Origin: Schizochytrium sp. TIO01 | Taxonomy: Eukaryota; Protista; Bigyra: Labyrinthulomycetes | Assembly: GCA_004764695.1 (NCBI GenBank) | Contig: SMSO01000014.1 | Span: forward strand, 3,281,648-3,345,647 | DNA length: 64,000 nt | Reading direction: 5' to 3' | Part shown: positions 26,682 through 40,282 of the stretch, piece after piece | Numbering within the stretch: the stretch's first letter is position 1 | Layout: every line of letters starts with the position of its first letter | Program-made: the position numbers and the translations under genes | The notes under the pieces: generated by a model | What the model saw: only the letters and a program-made list of their open reading frames with translations | The model's database searches: none | What the model was told of the DNA's origin: nothing

Positions 26682-27215
26682 GCTTTCATGGATCCTTCGC
26701 CCTTTTGAATAACTCCAGGACTCCATTTCCTTCTCTTTGTCGCACCGACTCGACTGCTAACTTCCACGAGTACTCCCAGCGAGGCAAATCAAATTAATGC
26801 CCACGATGGCCCCATTCTGTCCCCTCCAGATCGCGCCAGTGGTGATCAGGGCGGGGCGTCCCCTCCCCCTCGTTGACTGAGGCGGTACCTCCCTATGCAC
26901 CCGCTAGTTGGTCTTATGGAGTTTGGTTTCTATTTAATTCTCTTCTCTTTTTGTTTTTTGTTTTTAAACTTTAGTTCATGGGTAAAAAGGGGGGAAAAGA
27001 GGAAAAAGCTGATAAACGAACTTATAGAAAACTAACTGTTTTCCGCACGAGACAAACTTCGCTTGTTCTCTTTCTTTCTGGTGGATGCGACGAATCCGAT
27101 GATCCCAATTCTTCAACTTTGAAGCCTGGATTTTTGCTGGGCGGTGGACAAGACCCGGCCGGCCCCAGGAAGGAGAGCGAGTCATGGGCAGGTGGCGCCA
27201 TCTTATTGCGCGTGT

Positions 27216-27585
27216 AAGCAAGCAAGCAAGCAAGCGAGCAAGCAAGCAAGCAAGTAAATAAAGAAGTAAGCGAGTCTGCGGCTTGGAAACAAAGATGGCT
27301 TCCACGTACGGGATGATGCATGCCTCCTTTCTTGCTCTTCGATGGATGGATGGATTGATGGATTGATTGATTGATTGATTGATTGATCGTGACCTGACTG
27401 ACCTGGCCCGAGCAGGCCTCTGGAGAAGAATGAAAGACCAAGGCGCTTGCAAGGGCACGCAAGCTTGTTGCTTGCTTCTCTTGCTCTTTGCGTTAGCTCC
27501 TGCGTGCGAGCGAGCGTGCGTTGGTAGGGCAGAGTGGAGATTAGATCTTGCGCTCATGAGCCGATCACTAATCGTAGAGAGCAAA

Positions 27586-27624
<39 letters not shown>

Positions 27625-27720
27625 TCGGTGGCTTGGCATTGGCCGTGTGATCTTTCGATTCACTTCGTTGGCAAAGGCCTCGAGGTGATTGATTGGCTTG
27701 TGCGTGAGTACAGACAGAGC

Positions 27721-27755
<35 letters not shown>
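27216..27755 (+). repeat. Microsatellite cluster: (AAGC)n 27216-27254, (GATG)/(GATT)n ~27341-27386, (AAGC)n 27587-27623, (GCTG)n 27724-27755
   Basis: Directly visible. Confidence 0.93.
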
Positions 27756-29370
27756 TTCTTCCTTTGTTGAACCGGGTTTGAGTTGCTTCGCAGATCTGCT
27801 GCGAGAAAAGGGCCCAACTTCATCTCGCACTCGTATCACTGACTAAGGGTATAATGAGTATCTGTCTCATTTCAAGGAGGAGATAGTTTATGCGGTTGGA
27901 CTTGGTAGTAGTCGGTAAAGGCAAAAGGGGCGACATGGTCAGTTGTTGAAGAGCGAGCTCTTCATTTTGTTCATCTTCTTTCCTTGCGTACTTTTGGAGG
28001 ACTCGAGCGCGCGTTGCTCTGGAGCGCAGACATCAATCTTCCCGCCCGCGTCCAGCTAGAGGGTCGCCGGGAGTGCTGGTGGTGCATGGTTTTTTTTGAG
28101 TGGGAGCTGACTGCAACCTCGTCGTAATTTGCGCAACAGTCGAAACTTGGTTTTCTTTCCTCCTTCCTCCTGCTGTAGGCTCTTCAAAGCAGGAAAAGTA
28201 ATTTTCGTTCCAGCTTCTTCATGGCAGATCGAGATTGTCGTACTAGATTTCTAATTTAGCCCGCTACCACTTCATAGAAAATTAATTTTTTGAATTTTAG
28301 TCTAAAATTAACTAAACTGCTAATACATTCTTTTTTTCTTTTTTTCCTTTTTCGAAATTAAATTATTTGTAAATAAATATTCCTACGAAGATAAACATAT
28401 GGGAAAGTAAAGAAGCATAACGACGTTTACTTTCTTAAATGAAAGAAACAAAGAAAGAAACAAAGAAAAAGACGAAAAGCGAAGAGGGCATATGATACTC
28501 ATATGACCATGGCCGCCCATCCGACCCTCTTTGTGCACTTGCATAGTAGTACGCACGAAAGGCTTGCTTCGACAAAGCCTGAAACACCTCGACTCACCCA
28601 TTTCTAGGGCTCTCGCGAAGTCTAGCGAATGAGAATAGATCTGCTCTTCACTTCTAGGGCACCGTTAGCGTTTGCAGGTGAAATTTCGAGTAATCTCGTG
28701 CGAAGAGCTACTGGAAATCTATCAGGTCGTACAGGAGACACCTTGAATTCCAGCAGTTGTGTGTAATAATAACAGCATGTCTAGCTAGAATAATTACAGT
28801 GCCCTGGTTCGAACAAACAGAACTGGTTGTTCTGCCGCTGCCGACATGGGTCCAATGCATTGGTCGGCTAACGTTTCAGGGAACGTAGATTAACGCGCAC
28901 TAAGTTTTTGGAATGGGCCGAACCAAATATAGCAGTCGCTAGAATAGTCCTTATATGGTATATACATATTTATTTATTTATTTATTTATTTTCGATTTGA
29001 AAACAACAACAAATAGAATCATTCAAATCATTATTCCACATGAACACTAAAGTGGATGTCATTCGTGTCTCATCAGTCCTTCCCAAGCCAATTTTCTCAG
29101 GCCCAAAGGCTCTAAATAAGAACACTACAGATGCCCCGCCCCGGCCTGCACAAGAGACGAGGACCATCGATGAGTGGCTGCATCTTCGAAAAAGATTCTG
29201 ATCAAGTAGGATTTAGAAACAAAAATCATCCATCGCACGCCGTTTTAACACCATGCTTAGATTTGAGTTGTTCGTTTCTCACTTGGAATCGCAAACGCGA
29301 GCTCGAGGCAGGCGTAGTCAACAGGCAGGATATGACTGACCGACTTTCTCGTAAGCAGGTCTGCGACCCC

Positions 29371-29496
29371 CACCCACCAGTCCATCCATCCATCCATTCC
29401 ATCCATCCATCCATCCATCCAGCCCATCCAGCCATCTTTCTTCATCCATCTATTCATCCATCCATCCACCCATCAATCTATCCATCATCAATCCAT
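29371..29496 (+). repeat. Imperfect (CATC)n microsatellite
   Basis: Directly visible, degenerate. Confidence 0.9.
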
Positions 29497-31829
29497 GGCT
29501 GTCATCTACTGCGTTCCGGCTACCAGAAAGGACCGCTCGCTACCTTCAAGCTCGAGCAAGTTGTGAGACCTTGCAAGAAAGGGCGCACGCCAAGCGGGGC
29601 GGAAGCATGGTTTGCCAATTTTGCAGCAGCAGTTGCTGTAAACGTAAACTAAATTATGCACAAGCTGGCAGGCTGACTTGAACCACTCCGCACCTGAGTT
29701 GCCGAGTTTGTTAGCTGGTCGTGATCTGGTTGCGCCTGTATAGAGCGATGGGTGCAAACAGCGCAATTTTGGCGTGGCAAAACCGACCGTTTGTTATCTT
29801 TTGCTTTGTTTGCCTTGGCTCTGAGACTTGGCTCGATCTTTATTTATGTCTTCTGCTGGAATCTGCCTTCAGATGCTAGTTTTCGTAGAATGATTAACAC
29901 AGGTTGGCGTAGTTCAGCAGTCTTGGTCAAGAGAGGCTGGAAACTGACTCACCTACGAGGCCCTCGCTCACTCAGACATGCTTTGTTCGAGTTCATTTTT
30001 GTGGTTCTGGCGCCTGAGTTGAGTGTGGTGCCCTAAAGATATGTGTATGAATTAGCCAGTTCATGCGGTCTCATGGATGATGAATTAGGTACCTACTGTA
30101 CTTTTACATTAAAATTTTCAAAATAAATGAAAATGACAACTATTCCTTCCCTTTCCCCTTTTTATGGTGAAAAGAAATTTAAAAAAATATATTTTTGTAC
30201 TTTTAAAAAAATTAAATAGGTACAACTATTTTTTTATTATTAATTAGAATGAAAAAAACGAGGGAAAGGATAGATTACCAGCAGTGAATGAATGCTTATG
30301 TCATGATCTTGATGTCTTCTGACAGACAGAGATGTAATTAAAACAGTGTTGATCAATCGTAGGAGAGGCCAGACACGAGAAACTGCAAGAAGAACACAGC
30401 ACGCATGTTTGTTTTCACTTCCCTAATGATTAGGGAGATAAAAACTCGCTACAGGTGCAGAAAGCTTGCTTGTTTTAAACACCTCAGCCTAACGAAACCG
30501 ATTTTTCAAGGTTCAGGCACATCAGAGTGCCAGCCAAGTACTCCAATTCTTGAAACTGCGCTTCGTTGCTCTATGGGCTGATCGCAAAGTTCAAGTCCAT
30601 TTAAAAGCAGACAAGAAGACTTGGCAAAGAAAGAGATAGAAACTGTTTTCTCAGAGAGAAGGCAATCGGACTCTTCTGAGACGAGAGCGTAATGAAATAG
30701 TCCTACTTTTCAAGAAAACTCATTTTGAGTTCTTCAGCAAAGTGCTCAGAGCTTAAATAGTCTTGAACGGTGCAAATTGTCCAAGTCCCGAAATGTTATT
30801 GGTTGAGATATTCACTGTTGCAAAGGCGAACCAATCTTCAGAAGCATTGCTTCTGCTAAGCAATGCTTTAGATATCGGCCTCTGTAGGTATGTTCTTTTA
30901 ATGTTGGTGTCGATCTTGCAACTACTATTGCACATTATTAGAGAAATGGGAAGCATTAAAGTATCTGATTTATTTAACTCATGCCCATACTTTATATCTG
31001 AGATGTTATATCACGTTTCGTATTTAGTATTAAGAGTATGATTTCAGAACTGTGAAAAGAAAGACATTTTTGCATTTATTGACATGAAGTTATCATATGT
31101 CCTATATACTACTGTGATGAGCAAATCAACATGTTGACAGAATATATTCTCAACGTTGAGGCGAATTGTTTTTTTGTTTTTTCTTAATAACCTAAAGTCA
31201 GTATCGAGAGGTTTGTATCTTCTTTCCTTGTTTGTTGACCTTTGCTTGAAAATGCTCGAATGTTGATTCAAAGATCTCGGAACCTAACAAGGATGAGCTT
31301 GAGTTCTAATCTTAGCACAAAGCTTCTACACTCTATATACTACACTCTATATAAAAGTCTTAGAATCTTTGTTGGACAACGTTAAACCTGTCAATAACCA
31401 ATCGAGACTTTTACGGACTCATCACAACGACGATGCAAAGAGGAGTTCGTTCGTCATCCAGGAAGCTCCATTGAGTCCTCGCTGACGCTATATTTATATA
31501 TATATAGTGAGAGAGAGAGAGAGAGAGATACATCTGCCAAAGAAAAGGTAAAGCAAGGTGCCTAGGTAGCTAGCTCTGGAGGGAGGGACCGGATGACTGA
31601 CTGAGTAGTCAGAGTTACGCTTCCTTGGCCACAACGAGCTTGAGACTCTCTTGAATGGGTCAACCGTCGCGTGCTTATTTCGACTGACGACAAGGGCCAA
31701 TTGCCTTCTACCATGAGGACTTTCCACCTCAGATACAATCATATGTTGCATTGTGATTGTCCCTCCTGGCAACGTCCGCGTATAGCCTTGGCTGCCTGGC
31801 TTCCATTCCACCGGAGCTCGTAAACCTGT

Positions 31830-32350
31830 CGACTATGGCGTGCTTTTTCGCTTTCTACAAACGACCCTTCCACTAGCTTGAAGAATTTCGTATGCAAGAG
31901 CAACTTACAAACTACAGCACGTGCGCACATGCATCCTCGCGCCCAAGTCTTATGTGTCCCTGCTCTCGCTCGTATGGTCTCCGGCTCTCGGAAAGACCTA
32001 TAAAACTGACCTGTCCTTCTGAAGAGGGTGCGTCTCATTAGGTGCTGTCAGGTTGAGGAGTAAATTTGGTGAACTAGCTGGTGAGTGTGGGCGGAGATAA
32101 CCAGACGATTTGAACTTGCTGGCGGCCAAACAGGCGGCTTCCGGATTAATCGATTGACGATAGACTTGGCAGCTGGTTGGGCGACTATGCTCTCACCAAC
32201 GCGCAACACGTTTCGTTCTTTTAGACAATTTTTATCGAAATGCTCAGCTAGGGCCAGGATTATTATGATCGGTAAGTGGATGAGTCTTTCCATATTAAGT
32301 CTTACTGAGAGCGAAGCGGCTCTCTTTTCGTTCCAGAGCACTTTCGATCG
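31830..32350 (-). mobile_element. Possible Tc1/mariner transposase C-terminal relic
   Basis: Frame-broken pieces VWPPASSN and PHSPASSPNL (cf. WPPxSPDLNPIE), then RRTLFRR...W...VVCKLL and EILQASG (cf. lKrxv...W...kLixsmxxR...vixaxG). Weak. Confidence 0.25.
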
Positions 32351-32899
32351 TGCTAGCCTTTACTGAGTAGTTGGGCGGGTACCTTAGAATTCCAGTAACC
32401 AGGAGAGGACGGGCCTGAGAGTGTAAGTGAAGGACAGAACCAAGGGAATAAAAATGCAAAAAGGATTGGAGTAGACCAAATCTCTAAAATAGTCACAGTT
32501 GATAAACTAAGGGATTTTGGTTAAGTAGAAGTTGTGGCTAACTTACTGGGGAGCTTCTCGATTACACCAAGGATTCCCAATCGATGCCTGGATCGTCCAA
32601 AGAATAAAAAACGTTCCTCTTAGCTTTGCAAAATCGTTTCTTCGTGCTCTGTCGATTTCTGTTCATTTGTAGTAGACAAGGTAAAGGCAGTGAAATGCAG
32701 GGTCTACTGAGTGTGGGTAAAAGGGAAAATTATGATCAACCGACCGAAAGGACTTCTAACGTCGAGTTTACCTAGATACACTACGTTGGGAATTTCTGGA
32801 GGACATTGTGTGCGATCCTTAGCTTTAAAGCGTGCAGCAAATCGATTTACACGGAATAAAAAAAAGAGCTCTATTTGTTAAATAAATAAATTCTTCAAT

Positions 32900-33420
32900 T
32901 TCCAGATGTTTTTAAAAAAGAGCTTGGAAAGTTTTGAGCAGTCCTTTGAATTTTCTCTTGACCTAAAGCAGGATTTCGAAACTATGATACGGAGATGTAC
33001 AGATCATTATAATATAGGTTTGCTTTTAAAGGTTTTAGATCTATTACTTTCATCTATTGAGTGCCATACTGGGGCAATCATATCTTTCGGATTTATTAGT
33101 CTTACCGATGAAATGAGACCAGAACCTTGTAAATGAAACAGTGAAGCAATTCTCAAAAAATGTCAAGGCTCGTCACATAAGCTCTCAAAAAACTTAGTGC
33201 CATTCTCTGTGCATGCTTTGACATCTGAAATAAACCTCGAGTTCTTGGAGAATCTCCGCGCCTTGTGCTTTTCTTTATAAAACGCCATGTCTTCTTCAAT
33301 AACCAGAGGTAGCCTATATTGGCCGTTTTAAAATAAAGTTACAAACTTACCTTACAATAGTTAATTAAAGCAGTTGCGAGTAAACCTCAATCAAAATTAG
33401 GAGACATAGGGCATATAATT
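32900..33420 (+). mobile_element. Degenerate hAT transposase relic
   Basis: RRCTDHYNIGLLLK (from 32990; hAT CxxH motif) is in frame with PCK*NSEAILKK (TGA at 33134-33136, at the Trp position of TRWNS). Later pieces are LEFLENLRALCFSL*NA and KAVASKPQSK (cf. AxxLDPRxK). Confidence 0.4.
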
Positions 33421-34274
33421 CTTTGTTTATGAGAAGAATGGCTGTCATTAAATTCACGAGGACCGAAGCCAACTGCTGGGACACTTTTGTTTAATCAGTT
33501 TTCGGATCAATGAAAAGGATCTGCGAAAATCTCCGCAGGTGGCGACAGTAACTTCTTTCATTTTTTCTTCCAAGGTTTCTTTTGGTGGATATGATAATAT
33601 TCCTTTCTTCTTAAAGCATTATTTTTAGTTCGATTATTTCAACAACAAAAAACGTTTTAAAATATAATTGATGTTATACTAAAAAGCAATTCTGACCTTT
33701 TTCTAATAGACATGTTATATTTTAAAATGATCTTTTTATAATTATTATTATTATTAAATTTTTGGTGTTGTAATTTTATATATATATATAATTTATACTT
33801 TGAAATAAAAAATCAATAATCCATAATAATAATAATTTTTATGACCATTCATTTTCGTCTATAAAATCAGCACAAGGAAAGTATCACAAAGCTGCTGCTA
33901 TTCGAGCTTCACTTTAATGACGCCTTTGTCGCTGCGCCTCCTTTCGTCTCAGGTAGGGGGCACGCGCAGTGTGGAATCATTCTCCTTCCCCCTTTCATTT
34001 TACGTTCAATTTCCCCCCATCAATCGATTCCTCTTTTAACCTATTGAAACCATTCTTGGCTCCAAATGGGGAAACAGCAACTCTTTTGCAATTCAACTGT
34101 ATTTCTAGCCCCGCAAGCCCCTCCCATTATCGAGGAGCTGCTTCCGCGGGTGTCAATGCAATCATAACGCTGCGACCTCCGCTGCAACGAGCACCTCACT
34201 GCACCTAGCTGGAGAAACAGTCCTTGTCATGGCTTGGAACACAATCGTCGTCAGCTGCCAAAAAAATAAAAATA

Positions 34275-34353
34275 AAACAAACAAACAAACAAACAAACAA
34301 ACAAACAAACAAACAAACAAACAAACAAACAAACAAACAAACAAACAAACAAA
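34275..34353 (+). repeat. (AAAC)n microsatellite
   Basis: About 19 perfect units. Confidence 0.97.
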
Positions 34354-35232
34354 GAGAAAAAAGGTGGCATAATCCAGCTATAGACATAATATATAAGTAG
34401 CTAGCCTTCTGAGATACTTGGCGAGATCGATAATTCCAAGAATGGCTGGCTGCTCCTCTCCGATCTTCGCAATGGCGAATTCGAAACCAACTGTCGAGAC
34501 TGCTCCACAAAACCTCTCTCGTCTTCAGCACCCTTTCGTATCGGCAACCTTAGTCTTGCTAGGAATAAACGTCGGTGTCCACCGCCGTAACCACACTTGG
34601 AACACGTTGAAGCAACTGCCATTCTTGAAAGACTCGTGAGTACTTCAAGAAAAGATTGTATACCTCATTTTCTGCAGGTTTCAGCTCTCACTTATTTCCC
34701 ATCATCTTTGTTGATAATCAATTTTAAATATTTCTCTAGAGAAACATATACATGGTTGAAATTGAACACTCTTCGCTTTGATTTCCAATTTATCTCAAAG
34801 TAGACAAACAATCAAAAGCAAATTCGATGGGCTACAGAACTTTAGGTAGGTGCCATCAATGTATGAATTTCAGTGGGGACAAATCGTGACGAACATTTAA
34901 AAAATAAATTGACTGCAGGCAGTTTTCATCCTCGTTCGATTTTCTTATCAAACTTTTAAAATAATAGTTAGCTACTGTAGTTCTACAATCCTCCGTGAAT
35001 CCGTCTATATCGCCTCAAATTCTCAAGTACCTGGCGTGGAAGTAAACTGCTTGAAAGTAGCAACGAAAACACGAAGCAAGAAAGCCAACTTGTTGAAAGC
35101 GAAGGCAAATTACTTTCGGCAAAAGAGTCACGATATTCTTCGACAGTGGAAGTTTTCCCATGACTTTCCTCACACAGGAACGAGTGGCCGCCACAATGGT
35201 TCCTGTCCTCTAGTTTTTATCGGAAAGGGAAA

Positions 35233-35269
35233 TGCTTGCTTGCTTGCTTGCTTGTTTGCTTGCTTGCTT
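35233..35269 (+). repeat. (TGCT)n microsatellite
   Basis: About 9 units, one variant. Confidence 0.93.
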
Positions 35270-36044
35270 ATTCCCTACGGCTGCTCCAGCCAAGCCAAGC
35301 CAAGGCAAGCCCAGCGCCCGTTTAGCATGGCCGGTGTGCTCGAAGTTAGGACTATCCGCTCGCAATCAGTTCGTTATTCTGCATTGCCGATGTGCAGTTG
35401 GAGAGATTGGCCTCTCTGCGTTCTCCCTTTCTCAGAGACGAGAAAAGCCCGCGGCCGCCTCGGCCCTCTTCCCGCGCTGACTCACCTTCACAGCTTTGGC
35501 TGCTTTTGCTTAGGGAGAGGAGCCTGACTTCGTGTCAACTGAAAACGTGCTTCCGTTTGTGAACTCCTTGTCGCTCTTGCTTCTCGTCCTCGACCTCCTG
35601 CTTCTGCAGCCTTGGCTCTTCCGATCTCGCGAAGCAACCTCTCTCTTTGAATATGTGTGTTGCGGCACCGTCGCAATCTATTTTATCTTTGTACAGTTAA
35701 AGTCAAAACAACTCTGCGTGGTGATTAAGTAAGGAAGGAAGGAAGGAAGGAAGAAAGAAAGGAAGGAAGTAAGAAAGTAAGAAAGTAAGAAAGTAAGAAA
35801 ATAAGTCAAGGAGTTGAAAAATCCGCCCTGTTTTCACTGCCCATCCCTAGTATGGATGAAAAAGGTCACTCCTGCACACTGAGGTGGAGACCTTGGCAAG
35901 TGCCAGGGTGCCCCGGGTACTTGCTTGTCAAATGAACAATAGACAAACGCGAGTCGCAGGTGCTTGTGGGTTGTAGGGGTCGCGAAGAGAGCTCAGTCCT
36001 TGCATCCAAGCACCTTTCATGAGCTTTAATGATGCACAGGAGAA

Positions 36045-36047
<3 letters not shown>

Positions 36048-36095
<48 letters not shown>
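36048..36095 (+). repeat. (CAAT)n microsatellite
   Basis: About 12 units. Confidence 0.95.
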
Positions 36096-36709
36096 TAATC
36101 AGTTGTTTTTTCATTTGAAAAAGGTGAAAAATGATGATATTTTTGTATAAAGTTCTTTCATTTTTTATTTGATGGAGTTATTTTTTTCAAATTTAAAAAT
36201 CAGCGCAGCAAAACATTAGAGAATAATGACGAGTTTTCACAAACAACTCAAGATGACGCCCGTTCTTTCCTAATTGGCTCGCGAACCGTGCGGCTGATGG
36301 ACTCGCAGCCAGAGGCCTCATGGGATGCTGAGGGTGAGATTTCGCTAGCAGGAATCCTCCAGCTTGAGGCCTTCCGCCCCACGGTTGCGGCGATTATTGC
36401 TATGCTCGCCCAGTATATCTTTTAGCTGAGGTGCAAAACAAAATCCTTTTCAACCTTATGAGTATGCTGTCAGTGACTGGTTTCCAAAAGCTCTTTTCCT
36501 GTGAGGCGCCTATCGCATAAAACTAAGTTCATTTGCGGCCTTCACTCGGCATTGAGTCTCTGGAAAGCAGGGCTCGCTCATTCCGAGTGGTACGAAAGCA
36601 TGGAAAGACCAAACTCAATCTGGGGACTCAGCAACGAAACCTCTTCCTCTGGCTTGGAGAAAGAAAAGCAAGCAGAGCAGCAAAGAAAACAGCCAAGTCC
36701 TCCACAACA

Positions 36710-36750
36710 GCTTGCTTGCTTGCTTGCTTGCTTGCCTGCTTACTTGCTTG
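36710..36750 (+). repeat. (GCTT)n microsatellite
   Basis: About 10 units with variants. Confidence 0.92.
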
Positions 36751-37779
36751 GACAGAGAAGGAAGCGAAGAGAAGTTTGTCGCAGCGAGTGAGTAAGCGAG
36801 CCCTGGTGGGCACGTGTCGCTCCCTCGCACGCTGAGAGGCACGAGATAGTAGGTACCTAGCTAGCTAGCTAGCCAAGTAGCAGGCCATAATGGACGGTAA
36901 AAACAGATTGATTAGAGGCGAGTTGCAAATATCATCGCTAGCTTTAAAGCAGCAGAGCAGAGGTGAAATAAAAGAGTCATGTAGCGTTGGACGCCTCGCC
37001 GGAAGGACTTTTTGGAGCATCGGAAGTTGACTGACAAGGCCCGAAGCTATAAGTTAGCAGCAGTGTGTTTGGTCAAATATGTTAAGCAGGCCAATCCCTC
37101 CAATGGGAAAACATTCCTAATTCAACTTTTTAAATAATAATTTAAAAGAAAAAAATCTTGAAAGCAAGACAAAGTGCTTCGACATGCTCAGTTTTTTTCT
37201 TTTTCTTTTTCCAGCTCGTAAATGAACGAAAGGTAGAATAACTTATCGCCACATCAAAGCACAAGACTTCCTGGAGGTAAAGAAATATTGCGCAAATGCC
37301 GCAAAGATTAGGTGCCTCGACCCTCGAACCGTCCGTCCATCTTCCTCTGTGCTCACGCTTTATACACCCACGCTAATGGGTCCTGCAGAAGAGACGGGGA
37401 AGCTAAGTTACTGATTCTCCGCAGGCCCAGCCAACGAATAGTCTTTGCGCATCCCAACCTCAAGTCCAAAGACCAAGTCAATACAAACAACAGTAAATAA
37501 GGTAACCTCCAAGATTCAAGAGGGTCTTGTCTTCCACCGTACTTTCTTGCAAGTCTAAATCGCTATCTTTTCATCACTATCGCTAGTAGGTACCTGAGTA
37601 TCTCACTCAAGCCACTAAAGTGATTTTATGCGATTAAAGTTAAAAAACAAAATTAAAATTAGTCGATGAAGCACCAAATTAAAAACGCTCCTGTTCTTCT
37701 CTGTTTTCTTCTTTTTGTCCTCCTAGGTAGATTAATAAAATATCATCATGATAAATGTCAACATGTTAAATCGTTAATT

Positions 37780-38080
37780 CCTGAACTGATTTCATTCTTT
37801 TATAAAATGTCCTGCTCAAAGTGGGTATTGATGCTGTTGCTGGAATATAGTGCAAAGCATACCTTCAGAATCTCTACCAGCAGCATCAATTTATGAATCA
37901 TGTATCTGCAGTGCTGTTAATTCTTTCAAGTGCTAGCGAAATTAGTTTAATGAAGAATCCCTCTCCCAGTGGGTCATAAAAGTGTATCTTATCCCGTCGA
38001 AGATCCCCTTCATGACCAACCAATGATCATGAAAAGGTGAATGATTCAGAGAAAGATCAATAGGAAATGAAGGAAGGAAG
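37780..38080 (-). pseudogene. Ulp1/SUMO-protease-like (peptidase C48) pseudogene fragment, probably transposon-borne
   Basis: FPI...DHWLVMK (HW at 38020-38025), then a frameshift into DLRRDKIHFYDPLG (~37964-38005), matching the C48 HWxLxxxDxxxxxIxxxDSL catalytic His/Asp segment. Downstream decayed pieces IDAAGRD, YALHYI and FEQDI lie where QxxxxDCGxxxLxY is expected. Confidence 0.55.
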
Positions 38081-38356
38081 CGGCCATTTTTTATTTCACC
38101 CCTCAAGCAAATAAAACAAACACACATTTTCTTCTCTCCTTTTCTTCTTCTTTCTTTAAACTAAGAACATCAATTCTTTTCTATTCTTTTCTTTTCTTTT
38201 CTTTTCTTTTCTTTTTTTGAAAGAAAGACCTCTCGGCATCCTCGAGCGAAGAAAAGAAGTTCTTAAGTCTCGCTACAATCAATTTGCTCGCGCTGAGATT
38301 TTGGTCCTTCCAGCAGCCTCTTCTCCTTGTCCGGCCTCTTCTTCGAAAGATTGTTT

Positions 38357-38383
38357 TTGCTTGCTTGCTTGCTTGCTTGCTTG
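38357..38383 (+). repeat. (TTGC)n microsatellite
   Basis: About 6 units. Confidence 0.92.
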
Positions 38384-38748
38384 TCCTTCCCCTGTTAGCC
38401 TGTCCTTTCCCAAGTAATAAAATACGCGCCACTCGCCGGCCCGGCCGCAAGCGAAGAGAGGTCGCTGCACTACCAGAACGAAGAATAAGCCTCGCTTCAG
38501 TCAGTCAGTCAGATTTTTCGGAACGTCGGAGCCATCACTCAGCGCGAAAAAGCCTTCTTGCCTAAAAGTTTTTCAACTCTTTCTATTTTCTTGAAGAGCC
38601 CTTTCTCGTTTTCTCTCTTTTGCTCTCTTTTGCTCTTTCATTTTCTGTATAATTGCTTGCCTGCTTCGCTAGCTAGCTAGCTAGCTATTTGATTGCTCGA
38701 CCGAATTATTTCAACTGTTGTTTTGCTAACTGTTTTCGAAGAAGTGTT

Positions 38749-38810
<62 letters not shown>
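38749..38810 (+). repeat. (TTG)n trinucleotide repeat
   Basis: About 20 perfect units. Confidence 0.97.
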
Positions 38811-38811
<1 letters not shown>

Positions 38812-39942
38812 TCAACTGTTCTGCAAGTTTCTACCATATTAAGGTTTTCCGATTGTCGTCAAAGTGCACCGCTTAGTGCGTTGCCGAGACCTAAAAGGAG
38901 CGTGACCTGCTCCAATACACACGCTTATGATGCCCAAGTTGCGGACTTTGAATGCGTTCGAAGAGATGATTTATCTGGCAGGGGGTCTTGTAAATGCCAT
39001 GTACGCAGCAGCGAGCGGCAAGACATTTGACCTGGCTGGCTGTTTTCAGGGTAACAGCCAGGATTCCTGGCCAGTCCCTTGGCGAAGAACGAACTTCAAG
39101 GATTTATTTCAGAGGAGTACGCTCGAATGGAAAGAAATGGCGGGCACTTTTTTTAAGTACTTCTAAAATTATTTTTATTTGTTTGTTTTTTTAATGCGTA
39201 AACTGCAAAGAATCTATCATGCGACGTTGAAGGAGAATGAGCCAACACAAAGTGCAACACAAACAAAGTACTACTTCGAGACACCACCTTCTTCTCACCG
39301 GTTTAGTAGAAGACAGGTAATACGCCGCCATCCAAGATTGTGTAAGATTGTCTCGATCAAAGATTGCCTCAATCAAATGGAGACCTTCGCCTCATCGCCC
39401 AGTTCCAAAGAGGAATCGGTGGCAGTCCCTGCTCCTTCTTGTTTCTGTTGATTCACCCGCATTGCTCAAAGATCGAAAGATTGCAAGATAGATACATAGA
39501 TAGATAGATGATTCGAACAACAGGCTCATCGTTCCCTCCTTCTTCCCTTTGCTTGTTTTTTAATCTTCTTCGAATGGACGGACGATCGATTGGAAGACAG
39601 CAAGAGATCGACGGGAATCTATGAAGCATGCATAAAACGTCTGCGCAGGTCACTGGTGTGCTCTAATGCCTATTTTGATTTTAGAGTTTAAAGGCGATGT
39701 TAAAAGAGAGTTTTTTTTTGAATAAACTGCCATGAATCGAGCTGAGCCGGCACAGGCCGAGGCAAAGCGTCCGTGCACAGCACGCATAAGCTGCATGACA
39801 CGGGTGTCCTCGCGTAATTAGAGAAAGCTCTTATTCCTCAGTGAGTCAGTCAGTGAGTCAGTCAGTCGGTGAGTTAGTTATTTGGTGATAGTTGGTTGTC
39901 TTGCGCTCGACTGACTGCTGGACAGGAAGTTGACGCACGGGG

Positions 39943-39950
<8 letters not shown>

Positions 39951-39993
<43 letters not shown>

Positions 39994-40245
39994 CTCTTTC
40001 TTTCTTTCTTTCTTCCTCTTCTTCGCTCCTACTCTTGAGATAAATTTTTGGGCGTGGAGGAGGAAACGAAAGCGCTGTCAATAGATGGGATGAGAGGGAG
40101 GGACCCACACAGCCAATTGTGATGATGAAGATAGCGCTGATGAGGGATGCATGAGGGTCGAAAGCACGTTTGTTGCTTACTGAGAGGGTGGAATGTCTCG
40201 CGCCAGCAGAACGGAGATGGATGGGGTCGTTTGTTCAGGAGACGC

Positions 40246-40282
<37 letters not shown>
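39951..40282 (+). repeat. (TTTC)n 39951-40014 and (GTAA)n 40246-40282 microsatellites
   Basis: Directly visible. Confidence 0.92.

Noticed and set aside
26976-27620. Longest listed ORF (214 aa) and similar ORFs at 2832-3398, 29131-29652, 35036-35527, 49745-50140
   Set aside because: They stay open largely because they cross stop-free microsatellites (LACL, SINQ, HPSI, HSFI runs); no domain signature.
30842-30868. Perfect 11-bp hairpin AAGCATTGCTT/AAGCAATGCTT; other small hairpins near 15353, 35174 and 59862
   Set aside because: About what chance gives in 64 kb; no associated gene, repeat family or terminator context.
40130-40185. CTGATGA...GAAA hammerhead-like core (also near 53376 and the reverse strand near 29070)
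   Set aside because: Stem II and stem I do not pair; no valid hammerhead fold.
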